64,000 bases of DNA from an uncultured Thermoplasmata archaeon. GTDB taxonomy: Archaea; Thermoplasmatota; Thermoplasmata; Lutacidiplasmatales; UBA184. Below are positions 45,701 through 53,601 of the stretch, one piece after another (the stretch's first letter is position 1; the number at the start of each line of letters is the position of its first letter). A program made the translations under genes and the position numbers. The notes under the pieces are model-generated. The model ran no database searches. It was not told the DNA's origin and saw nothing but the letters and a program-made list of their open reading frames with translations. The stretch is from positions 557,908 to 621,907 of the forward strand of contig CAVRCS010000004.1 of assembly GCA_963719635.1 (NCBI GenBank). The letters are read 5' to 3'.

Positions 45701-46660
45701 ATGCGACTCGTCCCGTTCGACGGGCTGCCGGCGTCGCTTGAGCGCGACGCCGCCGCCGTGCAGCTCGCCGCTTTCTCCGGATTCCTGAGCCCGGCGGTCG
45801 TCGCAAAGTACCGCCGGCGGCCGAACGCGTTCGCCGACTACGTCGCCGTCTTCGCCGTCGACCGCGGCACGGTCGTCGGCGAGACGTTCGTCCTCCGCCT
45901 GCCGTACCGGAGCCGCTCCGGGGTTGAGACGATCGCGGCGATCGCGAGCGTCACGACCGTGGTCTCGGAGAGCCGGCGCGGCGTCGCCCGCCGCGTGCTG
46001 GACGAGGTCCACCGACGGGAGGTCGCCGCCGGGACCCGGTTCGCCTTCCTCTGGACGAGCCAGTCGTGGCGGGCGCACGGGCTGTACGAGCAGCTCGGCT
46101 ACCGCGACGTCTTCGTTTCACCGCTCGCGGTGCGCCTCGCCCCGGGCCACCGTCGGCTCTGCCGGGGCGACTCGCTCCGCGCAGCGACCCGCGCGGAGCT
46201 GCCGCGGTTGGAGGCGCTCCACCGCGCCGCGACGGCAGGCCGTCTCGGCTTCTCTCCCCGAGCGGACCGTGCGATGGTCGTCGAGCAGGCGTGCGGCTTC
46301 CTCGCCCTGGATAGGGTGCTGGTCTACCGGCGATCCGAACGACTCGCCGGCTACGTCCGGGTCGATCGCGGCCCGACCCACTTCCGCGTCGGCGAGGTCG
46401 TCGTCGGGCCCCGCGACCGGCCCGGACTGCTGGACGCGCTCGAACGGACCCCCCAGGAGGGCGCGATCGTCTTCGTCAACACCCCGGCGCTCGACCTGGC
46501 CGCGGAGCTGCGCCGCCGCGGGTACCTCGTCCGACGGGGCGCTGACTGGAGGGCCCTGATGGCAAAGCCGCTCCGGGGGACGATGACGGGGCCCGAGCTC
46601 CGCCGCGAGCTCGGGGTCGACGACCCGTCGTTCGTCGCGATGGCCGGCGACCGCTTCTAG
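45701..46660 (+). CDS. GNAT-family N-acetyltransferase (two-domain, Eis-like size)
   Basis: Acetyl-CoA motif A-like VSESRRGVARRVLD...GLYEQLGY. Confidence 0.6.
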   Translation: MRLVPFDGLPASLERDAAAVQLAAFSGFLSPAVVAKYRRRPNAFADYVAVFAVDRGTVVGETFVLRLPYRSRSGVETIAAIASVTTVVSESRRGVARRVLDEVHRREVAAGTRFAFLWTSQSWRAHGLYEQLGYRDVFVSPLAVRLAPGHRRLCRGDSLRAATRAELPRLEALHRAATAGRLGFSPRADRAMVVEQACGFLALDRVLVYRRSERLAGYVRVDRGPTHFRVGEVVVGPRDRPGLLDALERTPQEGAIVFVNTPALDLAAELRRRGYLVRRGADWRALMAKPLRGTMTGPELRRELGVDDPSFVAMAGDRF

Positions 46661-46682
46661 CCGGTCCCCGCGGCGAAGGCGT

Positions 46683-47321
46683 TCAGCGTCGTTTCGGGGA
46701 CGCCGTCGGCCGTTCGGGGTACGGCAGCGGCAGCTCGCCGTCGGCGAACCGCCGCAACGTGTCGGCGAGCAGCTCGACTTCGACCGGATGGAGCCGGGCC
46801 CTCAGGGAGGCGGGCGTGTCGTCCGGCCGCACCTCGATCGGCGCCTGGGCGATCGTCGGCCCCCGGTCGACCTCGGCCGTCACGAGATGGACCGTCGCGC
46901 CGGTCTCCGGCTCGCCCGCAGCGAGGACCGCGCGGTGCACCCGCTCGCCGTACAGGCCGGCGCCCCCGTGCTTCGGCAGGAGCGACGGATGAAGGTTGAT
47001 CGCGCGCCCGCGCCACGTGGAGGTCCACGCCGGCGGGAGGATCGTCAGGAACCCGGCGAGGACGACCAGCTCGACGCCCCGCTCCTGCAGCTCGTGGGTG
47101 AGCCGCTGGGCCCACACCTCGGGCGGGGAGCCGCGGGTCGGCAGGACGAGCGTCGGCAGGCCTCGCTGCCGGGCCTTCTCGATCGCGGGGACATGCGGCC
47201 GGTCCGCGACGACGAGGGCGATCTGCACCGGCAGGTGGCCGCCGCTGGCAAGTTCGGCGATCGCGTCCAGGGTCGTCCCCTCGCCGGAGACCAGGACGCC
47301 CAGGGGCAGCAAGCGGGTCAC
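46683..47321 (-). CDS. purN: Phosphoribosylglycinamide formyltransferase
   Basis: VLVSGEGTTLDAI, INLHPSLLPKHGG and TVHLVTAEVDRGP are PurN signatures. Confidence 0.85.
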   Translation of the reverse strand: MTRLLPLGVLVSGEGTTLDAIAELASGGHLPVQIALVVADRPHVPAIEKARQRGLPTLVLPTRGSPPEVWAQRLTHELQERGVELVVLAGFLTILPPAWTSTWRGRAINLHPSLLPKHGGAGLYGERVHRAVLAAGEPETGATVHLVTAEVDRGPTIAQAPIEVRPDDTPASLRARLHPVEVELLADTLRRFADGELPLPYPERPTASPKRR

Positions 47322-47364
47322 GGGCCGTCGAGGCGACGGCGCGCAGAATACGCTGGCGGGGCGG

Positions 47365-48390
47365 CTACAGCATCACCCGCAGGTTCAGCTTCTCGGTGAG
47401 CTCTTTGTAGCGGTTGCGGATCGTCACTTCGGTGACGCCCGCGACCTCGGCGACCTCGCGTTGCGTGCGGCGCTCGCCGCTCTGCACCGTCGAGATGTAG
47501 ATCGCGGCGGCAGCGACGCCGGTGGGCCCCCGTCCGCTGGTCAGCTCCCGCTCGGTCGCCTGCTTCAGGATCTCGTTCGCGCGGGACTGGATCTCACCCT
47601 TGAGCTTCAGCTCGCTGCAGAACCGCTGGATGTAATCCTGCGGGCGCGTCGGCAAGAGGCGCAGGTGGAGCTCGCGGGTCATGAACCGGTACGTCCGGCC
47701 GATCTCCTTGCGGCCGATCCGCGACTTGGAGGCGATCTCGTCGAGCGTCCGCGGCACGTTGCACTGGCGGCAGCTGCCGTACAGGGACGCGGCGACGACC
47801 CCCTCGATGGAGCGGCCCCGGATCAGGTTCTTGGCGACCGCCTTGCGGTAGATCATCGCCGCGGTCTCGCGGACGTTGCGCGGCAGCGCCATCCCCGACG
47901 CGATGCGGTCGAGCTCGGCCAGGGCGAAGGCGAGGTTCCGCTCGGTCGCGTTGGAGACCCGAATGCGGCGCTGCCACTTGCGCAGCCGGTACAGCTGCGC
48001 GCGGTTGCGCGTCGGGATCGACTTGCCGAACGGGTCGCGGTTCTTCCACCCGATCTCGGTCGAGAGTCCCTTGTCGTGGATCGTGAGCGTCGTGGGAGCG
48101 CCGGTCCGCGAGCGCTTGTCCCCCTGCTCGGCGTCGAACGCCCGCCACTCCGGCCCCTGGTCGATCATCGACTCCTCGAGCACGAGGCCGCACTCGTCGC
48201 AGACGACCTCACCCCGCTCGTAGTCGCGAGTCAGGTGGGTCGAGCCGCAACTGGTGCAGCGGGTCGACGTGCTGATGTCACCCGGTTTCGCGCCGCCCAC
48301 CTTCTCTTCGGGAGCGGGGGGTTCCGCGGGGGTCGGAGCGGGGGTTGACACGCCACCGCTCGCCTTCGACGCGCGGGTGCTCGCCTTCAC
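47365..48390 (-). CDS. tfb: Transcription initiation factor IIB (TFB)
   Basis: Zn ribbon CTSCGS...CDECG, B-linker, and two cyclin-fold repeats ([26 protein letters not shown]). GTG 48390 overlaps the gar1 stop (GTGA). Confidence 0.9.
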   Translation of the reverse strand: MKASTRASKASGGVSTPAPTPAEPPAPEEKVGGAKPGDISTSTRCTSCGSTHLTRDYERGEVVCDECGLVLEESMIDQGPEWRAFDAEQGDKRSRTGAPTTLTIHDKGLSTEIGWKNRDPFGKSIPTRNRAQLYRLRKWQRRIRVSNATERNLAFALAELDRIASGMALPRNVRETAAMIYRKAVAKNLIRGRSIEGVVAASLYGSCRQCNVPRTLDEIASKSRIGRKEIGRTYRFMTRELHLRLLPTRPQDYIQRFCSELKLKGEIQSRANEILKQATERELTSGRGPTGVAAAAIYISTVQSGERRTQREVAEVAGVTEVTIRNRYKELTEKLNLRVML

Positions 48391-48653
48391 GAGAAGAGTA
48401 CCTCCGCCCCGAGGAGCGCCGCGCCGTCGATCGGCGTCGGCGCCCGCCGGGGCCGGACCAGGACGTACGGCCTCGCGACCGGCCCGAAGACACGGACCAC
48501 CCGGCCCTCCAACCGCCCGCGGGCGTCCCGGACCGTGGAGCCTTCCGGTGGGAACTCCGAGGACGGCGCGCGCAGGGTGACGAATCCGCTCGGAGTGAAT
48601 GCGACGACGTTCCCGGCGACGTGGGGTCCGCTGCGGCTCGGAATCCGCGACAA
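48387..48653 (-). CDS. gar1: H/ACA ribonucleoprotein component Gar1
   Basis: C-terminal 88 aa of ORF 48387..50012. [19 protein letters not shown] is the Gar1 core motif. The TTG 48653 start was chosen from promoter spacing and is uncertain. Confidence 0.7.
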   Translation of the reverse strand: MSRIPSRSGPHVAGNVVAFTPSGFVTLRAPSSEFPPEGSTVRDARGRLEGRVVRVFGPVARPYVLVRPRRAPTPIDGAALLGAEVLFS

Positions 48654-48674
48654 GTAATATAAAGGATTTTCGAA

Positions 48675-48682
48675 GTATATTT
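48675..48682 (-). promoter_or_regulatory. TATA box (AAATATAC on the minus strand) 21 nt upstream of the gar1 TTG; a second TATA-like TTTATATTA sits at 48655..48663
   Basis: 48654..48700 is the most AT-rich stretch of the window. Confidence 0.45.
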
Positions 48683-48715
48683 GAAGATTTCGCTCGGACG
48701 CCTTCTCGGGGGCCG

Positions 48716-50008
48716 TCAGTCCCGGTGCCGCGAGCGCTGGCGTCGTGCGGGGCTCTGGGGGTTCGGCAGAACGCTCGCTCTCTCGTCGTCGCCCAGGTCC
48801 GGCGGAACGTACGCAGAGGCGATGGCGATCCGGGTCGGGCGCGGCGCCTGCGGGCCGGATCCGTCGGCGAGCGCATCCGGTCCGGGGGACCGGGGCGTGT
48901 CCGCCCCCTCGTCGGGAACCGGGTCGAGCGGCGGAACGATCGGCAGCGGGCCGCGCGAGGGGATCTGTCGGTTCGCGCCCGGACCGCTGGCGAGAGGGCG
49001 GGCCCCGACCGCCGGCGGCCGGGAGATCGGCAGCTCGGGGGCCTCCTCTTCCTCGACGTCCTCCTCCTCGGGCTCCTCCTCCGAGGCCTCCGCCTCTTCG
49101 CCGGAGTCGGCCGTCGGCTCCTCCTCGTCCGTCGGCTCCGGCCCGCTGGCGAGCGCTGGCCCCGCCGCAGCGAGCCGCTTCTCCTTCGTGAGCCGGTCGA
49201 CCTCCGCCCAGAGGGCCTCGACCTCCTCCTCCGGCGACGCGTAGCGGCGGTCCTCGCTCAGCGCCTGGCGCACCTGCGAGATCAGCCGGACGGCATCGGT
49301 GGCCCCGTGGGCGCGGGTCTTGATCCGGTGGAGGCGGCGGGCGAGGTTGCGGGCCTCGCTCAGGATCTCGTCCTCGTCGGCCGCGGACATCGCCGCGACC
49401 GCCGGGGCGCGCGGGATCCGCGCGACGGTCTTGCGCGCCGCCACGAGCCGCTCGGCGCTCGCGCCGAGCGCCGGGTCCTGCAGCGAGCGGATCAGGTGCG
49501 AGAAGGCGGCGACCGATTCCCGGACGTCCTCGCCACGGTCGCGCGCCCGTCGGATCGACAGCCCGAGCGCCTGGGCCTCGTGCGCGAGGAACTTCGGGAG
49601 CGCATCGTTGAGCACCGCGAGGGCGAACGACGCGCCGGCCGCCGCCTTCTCGAGCGAGGCGGGCGTCAACGACTCGCCGAGCAGTTGCGCGCGGGGGTTG
49701 CCGACCCGGGCATCGATCCGGGCCAGGTCGAGGCCCACGGTGTCGGCGACCCCGCGCAGCCCGTCGACCCGCTGCAGGAGTTCCCGCAGCCAACCCCAGT
49801 CCTGGTCGGCCCGCGCGAGGAGCGTCTCCGCGCGCTTGACGAGCATTTCCGCGCGGTCGACCTCGCCCGCGCGCGTCGCCTGGTCCAGCTCGTTCTCGAG
49901 CTGGGCGGTGGGGATCGGCAGCCCCTCGACCTGGTACTTGCCGGCCCGGTCGACCACCGCTGCAAGGCGGCGACGCAGATCCGGGAACGGGGACGGCTTG
50001 CGGGGCAT
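48716..50008 (-). CDS. Hypothetical helical protein with acidic (Glu-rich) stretch and Pro-rich disordered tail
   Basis: 430-aa ORF starting 3 nt after the upstream stop. The first ~290 aa have helical heptad-like composition, followed by [28 protein letters not shown]. No family recognised. Confidence 0.5.
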   Translation of the reverse strand: MPRKPSPFPDLRRRLAAVVDRAGKYQVEGLPIPTAQLENELDQATRAGEVDRAEMLVKRAETLLARADQDWGWLRELLQRVDGLRGVADTVGLDLARIDARVGNPRAQLLGESLTPASLEKAAAGASFALAVLNDALPKFLAHEAQALGLSIRRARDRGEDVRESVAAFSHLIRSLQDPALGASAERLVAARKTVARIPRAPAVAAMSAADEDEILSEARNLARRLHRIKTRAHGATDAVRLISQVRQALSEDRRYASPEEEVEALWAEVDRLTKEKRLAAAGPALASGPEPTDEEEPTADSGEEAEASEEEPEEEDVEEEEAPELPISRPPAVGARPLASGPGANRQIPSRGPLPIVPPLDPVPDEGADTPRSPGPDALADGSGPQAPRPTRIAIASAYVPPDLGDDERASVLPNPQSPARRQRSRHRD

Positions 50009-50011
50009 CCA

Positions 50012-51406
50012 CTAGCTCCGGGGGGACGGTACAATCAAATTTCGCATAAGTCGAGTGAGGGCCGCGTCGGCTTCTGCAAAGCGGCGGGCGCGGAGCAGCT
50101 CCGTCGCCTCATGAATCTGCCGTGCGGCGCTGAGGGCCTCCTCGCTTTCGGCGGGAAGGGCCCGGACCCGCGCTGCGAGCCCCCGGGCCTTCTTCAGCAG
50201 CACGGCGACCGCTTCGGCGTCCGTGACCGCGGGCGCTTCGGCCGCAGCGGCGACCGGCGCCGGCGGCGAGGGCGGAGCCGGCTGCGCAGTCGGACTTCCG
50301 CGCGGAGGTGCCTGGGCGGGGGGCGCGCGCGAAGCGCTCGCCGCGACCTCGGCCGGCCGGGGCCGGGCCACCGGGAGCGGAGGTACCGGCGCAGGGGGCG
50401 CGGGCGGTGGCCGGGCCGCTTCCGCTTCGGCGGCCTCCTTCGCCTCCCGCGCCAGCGCGACGAGCTCCTTGCGCAGCTCGTGGACGCTCTGGACGGCGCT
50501 CTCGAGCCGCCCTTGGGTGAGGTGCTCCTTCGCCTCCGTGTGGAGCCGACGGGCGGAGCGCGCCTTAGCGAGATGGGCCGGGTGCCCGTCGAGGGTCGCC
50601 CGGTGCCGGGCGAGCTCCTGCTCCAGCGCAGGAGGGATCGCTTCGTGGAGCGCCATCAAGGCGTCCGCGGCGGCTTGGGCGACTGAGTCCAGCTCGCGCT
50701 CCCCGGACGCCATCGACCCGAGGGTGGCGCGGAGCGCCTGGAGCCGGTCGGCCCGCGCATCCACGGTGACCCCGAGGTCGGCGGCCTCCTCCCGCAGGGT
50801 CGTCACCTGCGCGATGAGTGCCTGCAGCCCTCGCCAGTGCGCCTCGATCCGGGCGAGCCGTCGTTCGGAAGCTAGGAGACCGGCGACCGACGTCGACGGG
50901 TCTCCCGCGACGAGCGTCTCCGCAAGGCGTCCGAGCTCCTCGTCGAGCGCGAGCCGGAGGCCGGTCGCCTCCAGCGTCTTCCCCCGCGCTTCGAGGTCGG
51001 CGAGGTGCCGTCCGAGGAGCTCGTCGGTCTCGCGGTCGAGCCGCCCCTGGGCCGAGCGGAGCACCTGCTGCGCGTCGGCGACGCGGCCGGACGCTTCGTT
51101 GAGCGCGGCTTCGCACAGCTCGGCGGTGACGTCGGGAGAATCGCGGTCGACCGTCCGGAGCAGTTCGGTCCGCTCCTCGAGAGCGCGCGCGAGCGTCCCG
51201 TTCACGTCGGCGTCCGGACGTGGCTCGCGGCGCCGGGGCGGAAGTTCGGGGAGCGTGGCGGCGCCGTCCGCTCCGTCGGGCTCGGCCGTCGGGGGAGGAA
51301 GCGGACCGTGGAGCGCGGGGATCAGCGCCGTCGGGAACCCGCACTTCGGGCATCGGGGCGAGCCGGCGGCGGCCGCCGTGCCGCAGACCGGACAGCTCGT
51401 CGCCAC
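50012..51406 (-). CDS. Hypothetical zinc-ribbon protein with long alpha-helical/coiled-coil body
   Basis: N-terminal CPVCG-x11-CPKCG, then ~300 aa of helical repeats, a Pro/Ala linker and a C-terminal helical hairpin. No family recognised. Confidence 0.55.
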   Translation of the reverse strand: MATSCPVCGTAAAAGSPRCPKCGFPTALIPALHGPLPPPTAEPDGADGAATLPELPPRRREPRPDADVNGTLARALEERTELLRTVDRDSPDVTAELCEAALNEASGRVADAQQVLRSAQGRLDRETDELLGRHLADLEARGKTLEATGLRLALDEELGRLAETLVAGDPSTSVAGLLASERRLARIEAHWRGLQALIAQVTTLREEAADLGVTVDARADRLQALRATLGSMASGERELDSVAQAAADALMALHEAIPPALEQELARHRATLDGHPAHLAKARSARRLHTEAKEHLTQGRLESAVQSVHELRKELVALAREAKEAAEAEAARPPPAPPAPVPPLPVARPRPAEVAASASRAPPAQAPPRGSPTAQPAPPSPPAPVAAAAEAPAVTDAEAVAVLLKKARGLAARVRALPAESEEALSAARQIHEATELLRARRFAEADAALTRLMRNLIVPSPRS

Positions 51407-51483
51407 TCGCGGCTCCCCCCCACGAGCACGAAGTTGGTGCCTTTAGCGGTTGGTGCGGGTCGAGCTCGCGCTCGGGGGAGGTT

Positions 51484-51777
51484 TCAGCCGCCCGAGAACG
51501 TTGGGACGACGACGAGCCTCATGGGAGCGGTGACCGGAGTATCGAGGGGAATGGAAACGTCCTCGTGGAGGACCGCGGAGCCTTCCGGGGCCTCCCCCGC
51601 GGCCCGGACGATCTCCCGGACGAGCGTTCCCGCAGCGACGAGCTGGCGGCTCGTCGCGGTTCGGCCGGCCCGGGCTACTTCGACCTCGACCGGAACCGGG
51701 TCCAAGGCGCCCGCCTCCAGGCGCGTAAGGGACGGCCGTCCGGTAGACCGGGGTCGCGGATCGGGTCCGTCGCGCAT
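51484..51777 (-). CDS. ThiS/MoaD-type ubiquitin-like small archaeal modifier (SAMP-like), C-terminal Gly-Gly
   Basis: Ends ...RLVVVPTFSGG* directly before the stop. Beta-grasp pattern VEVEVARAG...GTLVREIVRAAGEAPEGSAVLHEDVSIP. Start is ambiguous: ATG 51777, or TTG 51705 for a 73-aa product. The longer track ORF overlaps the tRNA. Confidence 0.65.
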   Translation of the reverse strand: MRDGPDPRPRSTGRPSLTRLEAGALDPVPVEVEVARAGRTATSRQLVAAGTLVREIVRAAGEAPEGSAVLHEDVSIPLDTPVTAPMRLVVVPTFSGG

Positions 51778-51933
51778 CGTGCTCCCTTCCATCGCCGACG
51801 GCCCTCCCGGTAGCATCGCGGCAACATATCGAAGCTGTCGAGCCAAGAGGGGGCGGCGGACGGAACCGACCAGAGCCACCGGCGTCGTGGCCCCCCCGTC
51901 GATCCACGTCGGGTACGCCCAGCTCGGCCGGGA

Positions 51934-52020
51934 CGCTGAGGGGGAGATTTGAACTCCCGATGGTCTTTCGACCAACCAGATCTCGAATCTGGCGCCTTGG
52001 CCGAGCTAGGCTACCTCAGC
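51934..52020 (-). tRNA. tRNA-Ser (anticodon CGA)
   Basis: Hand-folded cloverleaf. Acceptor GCTGAGG/CCTCAGC, D arm GCCT/AGGC, anticodon stem CCAGA/TCTGG with loop TTCGAGA, 17-nt variable arm (class II), T arm GGGAG-TTCAAAT-CTCCC, discriminator G. No encoded CCA. Confidence 0.9.
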
Positions 52021-52285
52021 ACCCGGACCCCGGGGGAAGTTCTCGGCACATAGCCGTTTCGCGACAGACCCGCGGCGCGCTCCCGTGCCGAGCGCCGATG
52101 CGATTATCGTTTCGGCGGCCGGCACTCGCTCGACGAGGAGCCGCGGGTAGCCTGTGCGGCAAAGCGCCGCGACGCCCGGCGAGGGATGACCCGCCGGCAC
52201 GCCCCTTCTGTCACGCCGAGGACGAATGTGACAGACTCTCCGCCGCGTGCCCCCGCGGCCCCGGGCCGACCCCGCGGTGGAGGCC

Positions 52286-53443
52286 TCAGGGCGAGGTATG
52301 GTGTCGCACCGTACGCCGAGGCGCGGGACGCGGGAGGACTCTCCGCACCGCTTTCTTGGCACCGACGAGCGGGGCCGCGCGCCGCCCCGAGGGACGGTCA
52401 CGCATCTCCCGACCCACCCCTGCCGCCAACTCCTGACGCCAGCGGTCGACCGCCGCGATGGGCAGAGGGTCGACCCGGTGCAGCGCGGCCAGCTCGAGAC
52501 TGACGAGGTCGCCGAGGAGGACCCCTTGCAGCAGTTGCTCGAGGCGCCCCTCGCCGGGGATACTCACCTCGCCGACGGGGACCCCCTGTCGCCGGGCAAC
52601 CCCGGCCAGGTGGATCAACCCTGCCCGCACGCTCGGGCGGTCGGAGGCCGACCCGAGCGCCACGAGCGCGAACCGACGCGCCTGCGCCCGGGAGAGGCTC
52701 GCCCAACCGACGAGCGCGTTGTGCAGCCACTCCGGTACTTCGCCCGCGACGGCCAGGCGCTTCGCGTTCTCCTCGACCTGGCTCGCCCAGCGCCGTGCGA
52801 CCGGAGCGAGGGCCGGCCCGGAGACAACGACAGGCAGCCGGTCGCCGATGTCGCGCGCTACACGGGCGGCCAGCCCCTCGCGCCCGGAGAGGCGACCCAG
52901 CCCCGCCCTGAGGGCGGCGGACGCGGCGACGACGAGCCCCTCGTTCGACTCCGGGAACTCGGCGTCCAGGGCGCCGAGGATCCCCCCAGCAGGTACCCGA
53001 CGGCGGCGCGGGGCGGGAGGCCGGGCGGGACCCGCACGAGCGGAACGCCGTCCGCGTCGGCGCGCTCCGCCAACGCGCCCCCGGAGGCGACCACTAGCCC
53101 GTCGGGTGTCCCGACGGCCGGCGGCGTCGTAGGCGAGGAGCGCCTCCGCCGTTTCCCCCGAATAGCTGACCACGAGGACCCGCGCGCCCGGGGGCACCGC
53201 CCGCGGGAGCTCCTCGCCCCGGACGAGGTCGAGCGTGCTCCGGCCCGCGGCGTCGAGCACCGACCGTGCGAGGTCCACCGCGGCGGCGGAGGCGCCCAGG
53301 CCGCAGCCGAAGAGCCGGCCGTCGTCGCGGTCGTGCGGCAGGGTCCGCTCGCGTCCGAGCCGGAATCCGTCGATAAACGTCGCGGGAAGCTCGGCTACGA
53401 GCGCCCGCATCCTCGCGAGCCCGTCGGCGGCGGGCGGGGACAT
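52286..53443 (-). CDS. Bifunctional phosphoglucose/phosphomannose isomerase (SIS domain, archaeal PGI/PMI type); two frame changes (~53110, ~52985)
   Basis: VVSYSGETAEAL (S-x-SG-x-T) in the frame of ORF 52286..53443. VVASGGALAERADADGVPLVRVPPG...RAAVGYLLGG in the frame of ORF 52858..53094. The sequence then returns to the first frame at a C6 run (52982..52987). The 3' end is uncertain. Confidence 0.7.
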   Translation of the reverse strand: MSPPAADGLARMRALVAELPATFIDGFRLGRERTLPHDRDDGRLFGCGLGASAAAVDLARSVLDAAGRSTLDLVRGEELPRAVPPGARVLVVSYSGETAEALLAYDAAGRRDTRRASGRLRGRVGGARRRGRRSARAGPARPPAPRRRRVPAGGILGALDAEFPESNEGLVVAASAALRAGLGRLSGREGLAARVARDIGDRLPVVVSGPALAPVARRWASQVEENAKRLAVAGEVPEWLHNALVGWASLSRAQARRFALVALGSASDRPSVRAGLIHLAGVARRQGVPVGEVSIPGEGRLEQLLQGVLLGDLVSLELAALHRVDPLPIAAVDRWRQELAAGVGREMRDRPSGRRAAPLVGAKKAVRRVLPRPAPRRTVRHHTSP

Positions 53444-53601
53444 CGGCGGAGCCGGGAGCCGTCCGAGATAGCCGTTGCGGCGAGCGGCGAAGGCCCGCGC
53501 CCGCGGCCCGGCCGCCGCCGGCGCCTGCGAAGGTTCTTGAGGTCCCCCCTCCCATCCTCACGTGCGTGGGTCTCGCCGAGGCGCCCGCGCGCGAGCGCTA
53601 G

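Noticed and set aside
48599-50686. 695-aa plus-strand ORF
   Set aside because: It is antisense to two coupled minus-strand genes and has Arg/Gly/Asp-rich junk composition.
51778-51975. N-terminal 66 codons of ORF 51484..51975
   Set aside because: The ORF starts inside the variable arm of tRNA-Ser(CGA). The sequence there is tRNA, not coding.
52150-52240. C/D-box sRNA in the tRNA-PGI gap
   Set aside because: Only an imperfect GGATGA and no properly spaced CTGA D box on either strand.
51934-52285. Integrated mobile element at the tRNA-Ser gene
   Set aside because: There is no integrase, no duplicated tRNA 3' fragment and no compositional shift in the flanks that I can see.
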